From an uncultured delta proteobacterium (GTDB lineage Bacteria > Desulfobacterota > Desulfuromonadia > Geobacterales > DSM-12255), in assembly GCA_963787125.1 (NCBI GenBank), contig CAWBBV010000020.1, forward strand, positions 1 through 64,000: a stretch of DNA of 64,000 nt. The letters run 5' to 3'. The position numbers and the translations under genes were made by a program. This document shows positions 29,890 to 39,768 of the stretch, piece after piece. How positions within the stretch are numbered: the first letter of the stretch is position 1; each line of letters starts with the position of its first letter. The notes below the pieces were generated by a model. It saw only the letters and a list, made by a program, of their open reading frames with translations. It was not told the DNA's origin and did no database searches.

Positions 29890-32193
29890 TCAAGCTACCC
29901 CTGCCAACTCCAGCCGTCCGCCCCAGCGCTTGACCATCTCTTCTTTGAGACGGGCATGTTCGGCCAGCTTCAGCTCAGGATCCCGCTCAATCAGCGTGAA
30001 AGCTTCCCGCCTGGCCTCTTCAAGGATGCGGCCGTCGCGCAGAATACTGGCGACTCGAAACTCCGGCAGACCGGCCTGGCGTGTGCCGAGGAAGTCACCG
30101 GGGCCGCGAATCTCGAGATCGGCTTCGGCAATTCTGAAGCCGTCGGTTGTCGCTTCCATTACCCGCAGCCGTTTCACGCCATCGTCAGAGAGACGCTCTG
30201 AGGCGATCAGCAAACACTGGGAATCGTGGCTCCCCCGCCCTACTCTGCCACGCAGCTGATGCAGTTGGGAAAGTCCGAACCTCTCCGCATGCTCTATCAC
30301 CATCACCGTTGCGTTCGGCACATCTATGCCGACTTCAATTACTGTTGTCGCCACCAGAATATGGATCTCGTTTGCCTTGAATGAGGCCATGACAGCCTCT
30401 TTCTCTTCCGGTTTCAGCCTGCCATGAAGCAGCCCCACTCTGAATTCCGGAAAAGCACCACTCTGGAGCTCTTCCGCCATCTGGGCTGCCGCCTTCAGCT
30501 CCGATTTTTCCGACTCTTCAACCAATGGACAGATTATATAAGCCTGTCTGCCGCTGTTGACCTCATCACGAATGACCCCATAGATCTGCTTACGCCTTGT
30601 TTCAGCAAAGATTCTGGTCCGAATGGGAGTACGGCCCGGGGGCAACTCATCAATGACCGAGAGGGAAAGATCGCCAAAAACCGTCATCGCCAGCGTCCTT
30701 GGTATCGGCGTGGCTGTCATGACAAGGATGTCCGGGTTTTCACCTTTCTTTTTCAAAATCCCCCGCTGCAACACTCCGAAACGGTGCTGTTCATCGATGA
30801 TCCCAAGCCCTAGTCGATAAAACTCCACCTTGTCCTGAATAACCGCATGAGTACCGATGATGATTTGAGCCTCACCGTTTGCCACCTGTTCCAGCAGCCC
30901 TTCCCGCTCTTTCCCTTTCTGGGAAGCGGTCAGGAGGACCGCCTTGACTCCAAGAGAATCGCACCAGGCATGAATATTAAGAAAGTGCTGCTCGGCAAGT
31001 ATCTCCGTCGGTGCCATAAAGGCAGCCTGATAGCCGTTTTCAACTGCAACCAGCGCTGCCATCAGGGCAACCATGGTCTTGCCGCTCCCCACATCTCCCT
31101 GCACAAGCCGGTGCATCGGAAAAGGCGCCATCATATCTTCTTTAATTTCCGAGAGAACCCGCCGCTGGGCATGGGTCAGGGTAAAGGGCAGGAGCTTTAA
31201 CAACGGCTTAGTGTAGGTGTGATTGACCTCGAAGGCTATCCCTTCTTCCATGGTGAAACCGCGCCTTTTTAGTGCCAGACCAAGTTCAAGATAAAAGAAC
31301 TCATCAAAGACCAGAGTATGATGAGCTGGCGAAGCGCCACAGTTTATCTGCACTAGATCGGCTTCGGTCGAAGGAAAATGTGCTTCTCGCAAAGCGTCGG
31401 CAAGCGACAGGAGGTGATGTCTGGCGAGAATCTCTGCACCGATAAAACTTTCGACATTGCCGGCATAGTTGTCAACAACCTGTTTCATCAGATGGCGCAT
31501 GGCTTTCTGATTGAGACCTTCCGTAAGATGGTATACCGGCACGATCCTGCCGTAGGTCGCCGGATCACGAGCCATGACAGCAGCAATGTCGTCTTCAGCA
31601 GCGATCCACTCCACCTCGGGATGATGAATCTCACGATGATAACCGAACTGGTTCACTTCCCCGGTAAAAATTCCTCTTCGGCCGGGATGCCACGCTTTCT
31701 TCATCCAGACAGCATTAAAGTTGAACCATTTGAGCGCTATTGTAGCGGCACCGTCGCCGACAACTACCTCATACTGCTTTCTCCCTCCGCGGGTAGATGA
31801 AACGGTCGCCGAGACAACAACCCCTGCGAATACTTCCGTATGCCCCGGCCGAAGCTTGGCGATCTCACGCAACTCGCGGCGATCCTCGTAACGATGCGGA
31901 AGCTGATACAGTGCGTCTTCAACCGTTTTAACGCCAAGACGCTCAAAAACTTCGACAAGTTTTGGCCCTACGCCCTTAATATAATGCATCCCGGTTGCGA
32001 GATTTTTCTGTTTTATTGAATCAGCTATAAGGGGTCTGGACTGTGACTCTTGCCGTTTCACTGGAGTGAGCACAAGCCTGCCGCTATTGTCCAGTTCGGC
32101 GTAAAACTCCGTCCCTGGAGTTACCGCTAGAGATTCAAGCATTTCCTGCGGAATTTTGAGCAGATTCTCTTTTTCCAGCCTGACAGTTGTCAT
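29890..32193 (-). CDS. recG: ATP-dependent DNA helicase RecG with N-terminal extension
   Basis: QGDVGSGKT, DEQHRFG, MTATPIPRT, QLHQLRGRVGRG, DLEIRGPG. Confidence 0.97.
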   Translation of the reverse strand: MTTVRLEKENLLKIPQEMLESLAVTPGTEFYAELDNSGRLVLTPVKRQESQSRPLIADSIKQKNLATGMHYIKGVGPKLVEVFERLGVKTVEDALYQLPHRYEDRRELREIAKLRPGHTEVFAGVVVSATVSSTRGGRKQYEVVVGDGAATIALKWFNFNAVWMKKAWHPGRRGIFTGEVNQFGYHREIHHPEVEWIAAEDDIAAVMARDPATYGRIVPVYHLTEGLNQKAMRHLMKQVVDNYAGNVESFIGAEILARHHLLSLADALREAHFPSTEADLVQINCGASPAHHTLVFDEFFYLELGLALKRRGFTMEEGIAFEVNHTYTKPLLKLLPFTLTHAQRRVLSEIKEDMMAPFPMHRLVQGDVGSGKTMVALMAALVAVENGYQAAFMAPTEILAEQHFLNIHAWCDSLGVKAVLLTASQKGKEREGLLEQVANGEAQIIIGTHAVIQDKVEFYRLGLGIIDEQHRFGVLQRGILKKKGENPDILVMTATPIPRTLAMTVFGDLSLSVIDELPPGRTPIRTRIFAETRRKQIYGVIRDEVNSGRQAYIICPLVEESEKSELKAAAQMAEELQSGAFPEFRVGLLHGRLKPEEKEAVMASFKANEIHILVATTVIEVGIDVPNATVMVIEHAERFGLSQLHQLRGRVGRGSHDSQCLLIASERLSDDGVKRLRVMEATTDGFRIAEADLEIRGPGDFLGTRQAGLPEFRVASILRDGRILEEARREAFTLIERDPELKLAEHARLKEEMVKRWGGRLELAGVA

Positions 32194-32447
32194 GCAGTCA
32201 TCCTTAGGGCAGGCAACAGTTTTATTGATCTCTAAGACACACTATATATCACGGGTTCAAGAATAATGGTACAGGTATGCAGACCTATACCAGGCGGCTG
32301 AATTTTACCTGAACCTTACCGAAACGTAAGCGGAAACGGTTTAATAATCAATCTGCATGGAAACATCCTTTTAGCTTGACCCTCACCTTACATTTAAGCT
32401 ATATCCTCACAATCTTGTTGGAATATTGTCTTTAGGGGGAGAAGCCG

Positions 32448-33449
32448 ATGCATCTGATGGACACAATCAAAGAGAAGGCAAAAAACAGTCTGCAAACCGT
32501 TGTGCTGCCGGAAAGTTATGATGAAAGGATGCTCTTTGCCGCTGAAAAGATTGTGGAGCAGGGATTGGCAAAAGTTATCATCCTCGGCAATACCGCCGAA
32601 GTCAGAGCAGTTGCAGCGAGCAAAGGGATCAACCTTGCGGGTGTGGAAATAGTGGACCCGGTTACATCGCCTAAACTCGAAGGTTACATCGCCGCGTTCG
32701 TCGAACTGCGCAAGAGTAAGGGGCTGACAGCCGACGAGGCAAGAAAAATCCTCACCGATAAGGACAATCTTTACTTTGCCGGGATGATGGTAAGGCAAGG
32801 CGATGCAGGGGGAGAGGTTGCCGGAGCGACCGGCACAACCGGCAATGTTCTTAAAGCCGCTTTTCAGACCGTTGGCACAGCTCCAGGCATAAAAACAGTT
32901 TCGTCCTACTTCTTTATGGTAACCAAGACACCCTCTTTCGGCGAAAACGGCATCATTCTTTTTGCCGACTGCGCTGTGAACCCGAACCCAGATGCACAGG
33001 CGCTGGCCGAAATTGCAGTTGCCACGGCACGGAACTGCAAAAACTTTCTCGACGTCGACGCCAGGGTTGCCATGCTCTCCTTCTCGACAAAAGGGAGTGC
33101 AACCCACGGCGATGTAGACAAGGTGCTCGCCGCCATAGAGATCGCTAAAAAGATCGATCCAAACCTGCAGATTGACGGAGAACTTCAGGCAGATGCCGCA
33201 CTGCTGCCTAAAGTCGGCGAGAAAAAAGCTCCGGGAAGTCCAGTTGCCGGGAAAGCCAATGTCCTGATATTCCCGGACCTTGATGCCGGCAATATCGGCT
33301 ACAAGCTTGTTGAGCGCGTTGCCGGTGCAGAAGCGATCGGACCGGTCATCCAGGGGCTTGCCAAACCGGTCAACGATCTCTCCAGAGGCTGCTCAATTGA
33401 TGATATTGTCAATGTAGTTGCCATTACTGCGGTTCAAGCTCAAGGCTGA
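32448..33449 (+). CDS. pta: Phosphate acetyltransferase
   Basis: FADCAVNP, SFSTKGS, DGELQADAA, DLSRGCS. Confidence 0.96.
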   Translation: MHLMDTIKEKAKNSLQTVVLPESYDERMLFAAEKIVEQGLAKVIILGNTAEVRAVAASKGINLAGVEIVDPVTSPKLEGYIAAFVELRKSKGLTADEARKILTDKDNLYFAGMMVRQGDAGGEVAGATGTTGNVLKAAFQTVGTAPGIKTVSSYFFMVTKTPSFGENGIILFADCAVNPNPDAQALAEIAVATARNCKNFLDVDARVAMLSFSTKGSATHGDVDKVLAAIEIAKKIDPNLQIDGELQADAALLPKVGEKKAPGSPVAGKANVLIFPDLDAGNIGYKLVERVAGAEAIGPVIQGLAKPVNDLSRGCSIDDIVNVVAITAVQAQG

Positions 33450-33472
33450 AAAATTCAGATCATTACGAACGT

Positions 33473-33508
33473 ATTAAGGCCGATGAAGTTGTCTTCATCG
33501 GCCTTAAT
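33473..33508. terminator. Bidirectional terminator between pta and ackA
   Basis: Perfect inverted repeat ATTAAGGCCGATGAAG-TTGT-CTTCATCGGCCTTAAT. Confidence 0.85.
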
Positions 33509-33534
33509 TTATATAAACTAGATTTTTTTCAATA

Positions 33535-34800
33535 TTACTTTCTGACGAAATCCGGTTTTGAAAATGTATAGGTAAAGTTCATGTGATCAGTGTAGGTTCC
33601 AGCCAGAATAGCCGCAACATCCTCCGTAAACACCAACTCTTCATCAGTAGGGATTACATACACTTTGACCGGTGAGTCATCAGTAGTGATGAGAGTTTCA
33701 CGTTTTCTGGTCATTGCCCCCTTGTTACGCTCCTTGTCGAGGCATATACCAATATGCTCAAGCCCTTCAATAGCCTTCTCTCTTATCAGCCAACCCATCT
33801 CACCAACACCAGCAGTAAAAACGACTGCGTCAAGCTTGCCGATTATCGCCATATAAGAACCGATATATTTTTTAAGCCTGTAAGCCTCGATTTCAAGAGA
33901 GAGCTGACAAAGTTTATCCCCGGCATTTGCGTGCTCAATCACATCTCTTCTATCGGTAAAACGACCGGTTATGCCGAGAACACCGCTTTTTTTATTAAGA
34001 ATGCCATCTATCTCTTTGGCAGAAAGATTTTCCTTCTGCATCATAAAGGCAGGGATCGCCGGATCAATATCGCCACACCTGGTTCCCATCATGGCGCCTT
34101 CTAGCGGTGTCAATCCCATAGACGTATCTACAGAGAGACCATTCTTTATTGCGCAGTGGGAAACTCCGTTCCCTATGTGCATTGTTATTATATTAAGATC
34201 CGCAGCTTTCTTGCCAAGTATAGCTGCAGCCCTCTTTGACACATAAAGGTGAGACGTACCGTGGAAGCCATAGCGACGAACACCGTGCGCTTCATACCAC
34301 TCATAAGGCACAGGATAAAGGTAAGCATATTCCGGCATAGTCTGATGAAAGGCAGTATCAAAAATTGCAATATGCGGCACATTCGGCAGAACCGCCTGGG
34401 CAGCCTCAATGCCTGAAATATTGGGAGGATTGTGCAGTGGGGCAAGGTGCTGTACCTCTTTGACAGCGTCAAGTACAGCTTCATCAATCATGACTGAACA
34501 GGTGAACTTCTCGCCGCCATGGACAACTCTGTGACCAACTGCTGAAATCTCACTTATTTCAGAGAGAACACCATGATCAGGGTCGGTAAGCGTTCGGATA
34601 ATAAGGTCGACTGCAACCTGATGATCAGGACAGTCGTATTCATAGCGGTAAGATTCCCGCCCCGGCACCTCATGAAGAATAAATGAGTCACCGATAATGA
34701 CACGTTCAACCATCCCCTTGGCAATCACCTCCATCAGGTTCCAGTCAAAAAGTTGATATTTAACAGAAGAACTTCCACAGTTAAGCGCCAGAATCTGCAT
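33535..34800 (-). CDS. ackA: Acetate kinase
   Basis: LNCGSSSVK, GHRVVHGG, LAPLHNP, YGFHGTSH, GTRCGDID. Confidence 0.97.
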   Translation of the reverse strand: MQILALNCGSSSVKYQLFDWNLMEVIAKGMVERVIIGDSFILHEVPGRESYRYEYDCPDHQVAVDLIIRTLTDPDHGVLSEISEISAVGHRVVHGGEKFTCSVMIDEAVLDAVKEVQHLAPLHNPPNISGIEAAQAVLPNVPHIAIFDTAFHQTMPEYAYLYPVPYEWYEAHGVRRYGFHGTSHLYVSKRAAAILGKKAADLNIITMHIGNGVSHCAIKNGLSVDTSMGLTPLEGAMMGTRCGDIDPAIPAFMMQKENLSAKEIDGILNKKSGVLGITGRFTDRRDVIEHANAGDKLCQLSLEIEAYRLKKYIGSYMAIIGKLDAVVFTAGVGEMGWLIREKAIEGLEHIGICLDKERNKGAMTRKRETLITTDDSPVKVYVIPTDEELVFTEDVAAILAGTYTDHMNFTYTFSKPDFVRK

Positions 34801-35075
34801 TTCAACACCCCTTTTGTTGTATACAATATTCTATAACATCATATAATTTCGTATTTTTTCGATGTGAGTAAATAAGTCGCGCAGCTTGTTAAGCCAGAAT
34901 AAAACTGCTTTTTATAATACAGAAGGAATCACTTCTGTTCAAGTTTTTTGTAACATCTAAACCAATAAAGCAGCGAGCAGCGTCATGAGTAAATTATTTT
35001 TTTGTTGTCACGCCTGAAAAATCTATGTTAAGTTAATGATTGACCAATTACTACCCAACAAAAGGGAGGATAAAC

Positions 35076-35501
35076 GTGAAGAAAATTGCTGTAGTTCTTG
35101 CTGTACTTGCACTCGCAGTTGCAGGGTGCCAGAAAAAAGAAGAAGCTCCTAAAGCTGCTGCTGCTCCCCAGGCAGGCGCACCTCAAATGCCAGCTGGCGC
35201 TGCTCCAGGCGGAGATCCACACGCTGGACTCAAGCCAATGGAAATTCCTGCTGGTGCCGGTCACAAAGGCAAAGTGCTTCAGACCATGGATGCTGGCTCC
35301 TATACTTACGTAGAAGTTGAGGAAAAAGGCCAGAAACTCTGGATCGCAGTAATGAAAGAAGCTCTTGTAAAAGAAGGCGTTAAGATTGGCGACACCATCG
35401 AGTTCCCTGACTCACCACCGATGGTAAACTTCCAGAGCAAAGAACTCAAGAAGACCTTCGAAAAAGTTATCTTCTCTGCAGGCCTGCGCAAATCTAAGTA
35501 A
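35076..35501 (+). CDS. Lipoprotein with OB-fold-like C-terminal domain
   Basis: GTG start after GGAGG; lipobox LAVAG-C; GKVLQTMDAGSYTYVEV. Confidence 0.8.
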   Translation: MKKIAVVLAVLALAVAGCQKKEEAPKAAAAPQAGAPQMPAGAAPGGDPHAGLKPMEIPAGAGHKGKVLQTMDAGSYTYVEVEEKGQKLWIAVMKEALVKEGVKIGDTIEFPDSPPMVNFQSKELKKTFEKVIFSAGLRKSK

Positions 35502-35525
35502 CAACAAAAAACAATTGAATTGAAT

Positions 35526-35566
35526 AATAAAAAAAGCGGAACCTTATCGGTTCCGCTTTTTTTATT
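35526..35566. terminator. Bidirectional intrinsic terminator
   Basis: A-tract-GCGGAACC-loop-GGTTCCGC-T-tract. Confidence 0.85.
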
Positions 35567-35585
35567 CCAACTGACAGCAGAAATG

Positions 35586-36620
35586 TTACGGCAGTTTTGC
35601 CGTATCAACTCCAAGCATATCATTTTTCTGGGCATCATCCGCGGTCTCTTCTTCAACACCTAGCATCAACTCATCAAGATTAAACCGTTCCGGAGAAATT
35701 TTGGCAATTCTTTTGGCACCAATAAAGCGCGAGCGATAATAAGGGGTGTCTACTGACGAGATAACAACCTTACGATCTCGGGATGAAGCATGAATCATTC
35801 TGTTGCCACCGAGATAAATTCCAACATGAGAGGGAAAAGATGCATACGTCCGGAAAAAAACCAGGTCCCCTTTCTGCATGTCGCCGCGAATGACAAGATC
35901 ACCTTTTTCAAACTGCTCTCTGGCAGTCCTCGGCAAAGCAACTTCCATTTCATTGAAAACTTTTTGAACAAAAGCAGAACAGTCGAGACCGTTTTTAGAC
36001 GTTCCGCCAAAACGATAGCGTGTACCCAAAAACCCGAATGCCTTGGTTTTAAGAAGTTTTACGTTGTCTGCGGTGAAGTCTGCATCCTTTTGAACACGAA
36101 GATTAACTGAATCCTGATCCAAGAGATCGGCAAGTGACTGCTCATACTCTTTCTCACTCAAAAGATCAGTGTACCGAAGTGAAGGCTTTGCCGCCACTTG
36201 TCTGCCAGAACTGACTTCAGTATCACTATCATGAAGCGCCAAAATCTGACCAGGCTTCAATTTTCCCTTAGCCAGACCGTTCAGTCGCTTCAACTCAGCA
36301 ACTGTCACACCGGTCTTTTTAGCGACCTTGGCAATAGTATCACCTTTTTTGACTTTATAGGGTTTAGCCGCTTCTAAAGCAGAATCAGAGAGCGCCACTT
36401 TTGAACCGCGCGGAGGAATCACAAGGATATCCCCTGGTTTTATGCTTGAATTGAGTCGATTATTGGCTTCTTTAAGATCGTTTACCGGAACGTGGTATTT
36501 ATTGGCAAGGGATGTAAGGGTCTCGTTCTTTTTTACTTTATGGGTCTTGGCAGCAAAAGATGCTGTCGGTATAGAGAGTAAAAGGGCTAGAAGCAGTATG
36601 CTTATTCTTCTACAGGTCAT
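35586..36620 (-). CDS. LysM x2 + NlpC/P60 peptidoglycan endopeptidase
   Basis: Two LysM domains (HKVKKNETL, YKVKKGDTI); GLDCSAFV, SHVGIY, IHAS triad; alternative start 36659. Confidence 0.93.
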   Translation of the reverse strand: MTCRRISILLLALLLSIPTASFAAKTHKVKKNETLTSLANKYHVPVNDLKEANNRLNSSIKPGDILVIPPRGSKVALSDSALEAAKPYKVKKGDTIAKVAKKTGVTVAELKRLNGLAKGKLKPGQILALHDSDTEVSSGRQVAAKPSLRYTDLLSEKEYEQSLADLLDQDSVNLRVQKDADFTADNVKLLKTKAFGFLGTRYRFGGTSKNGLDCSAFVQKVFNEMEVALPRTAREQFEKGDLVIRGDMQKGDLVFFRTYASFPSHVGIYLGGNRMIHASSRDRKVVISSVDTPYYRSRFIGAKRIAKISPERFNLDELMLGVEEETADDAQKNDMLGVDTAKLP

Positions 36621-36726
36621 CCTCCCCCCGATATCGTTACGTTTTACTATTGAGTTCATACGGCGCTAGATATATAACAATTAAAGCCAATTGTCAACCA
36701 TCTCTTCCCGATCACTCTATAACACC

Positions 36727-38124
36727 TCACCTGACCACAACTATTTTCGCTTTAACAGATTCACCTGATTTAAGTTGTACTTGCGGCGACGGAGAAAGCA
36801 ACTTAACCTCTAAGACCTGACTTCCGGTTATGTCGCCAAGATCAACAGGCTCAGTAGATATCTGACTCAAGTGGGCCAGGGCGGACTCCGCTCCTTCTAC
36901 TCTGACCGAAACTGGTTCAATGATTATCGATTTCAGCCTGAGCCCTTTAGGAAGCCGGCCAATTTTTTTCAGATAAACGGGAAGATCGCGATACTTTTTC
37001 ACCTCTGCAACAATCTTCAATACGGCCGGAGTCACCTTGACAACAGAAACGCCAAGGGGAAGCAGAAATGCCTTCGCTTCAACTGGAACTGTATTTACCC
37101 CCTCACGAATCTTTGAAAGGTCGATGTCAGCTGCGATTTCAAGCTTCTTTGAGCCGACAAATAATGTCGAGAGAACTTTAAGCTGCACCTCCAACTCTGC
37201 GGGAATGTCGTTTTTAAGCAGCATGTTTTCAGGCAACCCATGGAACTTTAACTGGGAGGTGACAGCCTGAACACCACCCTGCCTGGCATTTAACAGTAGC
37301 CAGCATGTAACTACCAAAAGAAACGTTACGAATTTGGGCATAAGGTTCTTTAGCAGCCGATCCCTGAGTGAAAACCTGACAACATCCACGTGGCTGACAA
37401 TGAGAGAATCCTCAAGAAGCCTGGTCAACTCTTCGGTTGAACGAATTGCCAGCAGGTCCCCTCCTGAAGCCGCTGAAACCTCGCCACGCTCTTCTGAAAC
37501 AACCAGCACCAATGCATCGGTTTTTTCAGTCAGGCCAAGTGCGGCTCTGTGTCTGGTACCAAGATGCTGCGGCAGTTCACTGCTGAGGGAAAGTGGCAGG
37601 TGGGATGACGCTTCGGATATTCTGGAATTCCTGATTATTACTGCTCCATCATGAAGCGGAGCGCCATCCTCAAAGATACTTGCAAGAAGCTGACTACTGA
37701 CAAGACTATCGAGCGGCACACCATGAAGTAACTGGTCATCAAGCTTCTCTTGGCGCTCAAATACTATGAGTGCTCCTGTGCGCTTCTCGGCAAGAGCAAA
37801 AACTGTTGAGGCAATCCCGTGAATATCCAACGTCACTGGTTCATCATTTCGATTAAAAAAGTTGCGCAGCAGGCTGAAGCGATAAAGCGCCTGCCTGATT
37901 TCGCCCTGAAAAACAACAATAATAAGGACAAAGATGACCGTGCCAAGCTCCTGAAGTACCCAGCTCGTCATGAAGAGTCCAAGATTCTTTGTCAGCATGT
38001 AAAGGAGCACCAGAGAGCCTAGCCCAATGACCACCTGCAAAGCGCGAGTCTTTCTGAACCAGAAGTAAAGCTGATAGACAAGAATCGTCATTATCAGTAT
38101 GTCGGCAATATCTTGAATACGCAT
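36727..38124 (-). CDS. cdaA: Diadenylate cyclase CdaA/DacA fused to YbbR (CdaR-like) domains
   Basis: Three TMs, LHDGAV and GTRHRAALG catalytic motifs, VSEERG; extra TM plus YbbR-like repeats (EPVSVRVEG...TEPVDL). Confidence 0.88.
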   Translation of the reverse strand: MRIQDIADILIMTILVYQLYFWFRKTRALQVVIGLGSLVLLYMLTKNLGLFMTSWVLQELGTVIFVLIIVVFQGEIRQALYRFSLLRNFFNRNDEPVTLDIHGIASTVFALAEKRTGALIVFERQEKLDDQLLHGVPLDSLVSSQLLASIFEDGAPLHDGAVIIRNSRISEASSHLPLSLSSELPQHLGTRHRAALGLTEKTDALVLVVSEERGEVSAASGGDLLAIRSTEELTRLLEDSLIVSHVDVVRFSLRDRLLKNLMPKFVTFLLVVTCWLLLNARQGGVQAVTSQLKFHGLPENMLLKNDIPAELEVQLKVLSTLFVGSKKLEIAADIDLSKIREGVNTVPVEAKAFLLPLGVSVVKVTPAVLKIVAEVKKYRDLPVYLKKIGRLPKGLRLKSIIIEPVSVRVEGAESALAHLSQISTEPVDLGDITGSQVLEVKLLSPSPQVQLKSGESVKAKIVVVR

Positions 38125-38245
38125 CTGTCAGACCTGTAACGATTTCAGTGGAAAGGGTGGGGAAAGATGTGATACTAAAACGACTCCGTCAATCTGGCAG
38201 CCGCCTGATTTGATAGCATTTTCAGCCTTAAAAGGACAGGGATAA

Positions 38246-38962
38246 ATGTATCGTCTTACCAATAAAGGAGAGAATATCCGGGCGATGTTCGACTCCATTG
38301 CTCCGCGTTACGATTTACTTAACCGGCTTTTGAGTCTTGGCATAGACAGACGCTGGCGGCGCTTTGCGGTAAGACAGATCAAGTTTAAAGAAGGTGGGAG
38401 CATTCTTGATGTAGCAACGGGAACTGCCGATGTTGCCCTGGAGATAGCAGCATACACGCCTGAATCGGTATCTATCACTGGAGCCGATTTCTCAGAGCAG
38501 ATGGTGGAACTCGGGCGGGAAAAGGTCAGACAGTCTGCTTACTCCAGCAGGATTACCCTGCAGGTCGCCCCCTGTGAATCCATGCCATTTGAAGACAACC
38601 GCTTCGAATCTGCCACCATTGCCTTTGGCATAAGAAATGTTGTTGACCGACTCTGCGGCTTGAAAGAGATACTGCGAGTTCTCAAACCTGAAGGCAGGAT
38701 TGTCATTCTTGAGTTTTCAAATCCACGTTCAAGGGTTATCAAGGCAGCGTACAACTTCTACTTCCTCAAAATCCTGCCATTGGTAGGGGGACTCGTATCA
38801 AATTTCAGCGCTTACAAATATCTGCCTGATTCAGTCCTGGAGTTCCCTTCACAGGAAGATTTCAAGGGAATCATGTCAGCGGCAGGATTCAGAAATATTA
38901 AACACAACGATCTTACTTTCGGAATAGCAACGGTATATACAGGAGATAAGCCCTCTACTTGA
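38246..38962 (+). CDS. ubiE: Demethylmenaquinone/ubiquinone methyltransferase
   Basis: MFDSIAPRYDLLNRLLSLG, LDVATGTAD, AFGIRNV, AYKYLPDS. Confidence 0.94.
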   Translation: MYRLTNKGENIRAMFDSIAPRYDLLNRLLSLGIDRRWRRFAVRQIKFKEGGSILDVATGTADVALEIAAYTPESVSITGADFSEQMVELGREKVRQSAYSSRITLQVAPCESMPFEDNRFESATIAFGIRNVVDRLCGLKEILRVLKPEGRIVILEFSNPRSRVIKAAYNFYFLKILPLVGGLVSNFSAYKYLPDSVLEFPSQEDFKGIMSAAGFRNIKHNDLTFGIATVYTGDKPST

Positions 38963-38975
38963 GGAGTAATTATGA

Positions 38976-39554
38976 TTATTTGAATTTGAAGATAAACCTC
39001 GTTCCGTATTTTTCCTCTCGTTCATCCACTCCCGGCCTGTCAACCTTCCCGAAGGTAGAATTATCATAAAAGAAATTGAGATTGACCCCCTCTTTCAAAG
39101 GGACTCCAAGCTCGCTTCGCCAAGACAGCCTACCTGAATTTTTAAAGAGCTCTTTATTTGTTGCACCTTCTGCGGTTCTTGTACTTACGCTAGTTTCATG
39201 AGTGTAAACAGGGATTTTAGCGACTGTAATCAATGAAACATCTCCGATAACATTCAGCTTGCCACCAGCTTCACCATGCACCCTATGGGTCGTCTGCGTA
39301 ATACCACCACCAACATCATTCTCACGTGCATCGTGGGAAACAGACAATTGCGGCTCCAGAAGTGGCTTAACAGTACTGGTGGAGTTGTCAATCGAGAATC
39401 GCTCCACGTCAAAAAACTTCAACTGCTGCTTTGGCTCCGAAAGGGAAGGCACTCCAAGGTCGGCAGCAACTGCACTGACAGAGGAGCAAGCAAAAACCAG
39501 CGCGGAAAGCAGCACAGATAAACAGTCTAGACGATGCGGGCTTTTATTTCTCAT
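38976..39554 (-). CDS. Exported hypothetical protein, possibly a small beta-barrel
   Basis: Signal peptide; alternating beta-strand pattern; aromatic C-terminus TRFIFKFK. Confidence 0.65.
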   Translation of the reverse strand: MRNKSPHRLDCLSVLLSALVFACSSVSAVAADLGVPSLSEPKQQLKFFDVERFSIDNSTSTVKPLLEPQLSVSHDARENDVGGGITQTTHRVHGEAGGKLNVIGDVSLITVAKIPVYTHETSVSTRTAEGATNKELFKNSGRLSWRSELGVPLKEGVNLNFFYDNSTFGKVDRPGVDEREEKYGTRFIFKFK

Positions 39555-39634
39555 GCTCTCTCCTTATGATTTGCATTTTATACTAACCGTAACCGCTAAT
39601 GCAAATATTCAGCAAAAGTTGAAAAAAGGAATTT

Positions 39635-39648
39635 TTGACGCAGGTCAA
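39635..39648. promoter_or_regulatory. FNR/CRP-like palindrome upstream of hcp (HcpR-type site)
   Basis: TTGAC-GCAG-GTCAA ~120 bp upstream of the hcp ATG. Confidence 0.7.
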
Positions 39649-39768
39649 GGAAGGTTGCAGAGAAACAGGATAATTTCAGTCCAGAAGATTGCAGATGACT
39701 TTTTGTCTGTTAGAATTCAAAGACTTGATTTGTAAAAATTATTAATTAACACCACAAAGGAGACAAAA

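Noticed and set aside
32394..33107. 237-aa antisense ORF in pta (similar cases: 26206-26841 in metY, 40141-40956 in hcp)
   Set aside because: Antisense frames of conserved genes with biased codon usage; no independent evidence.
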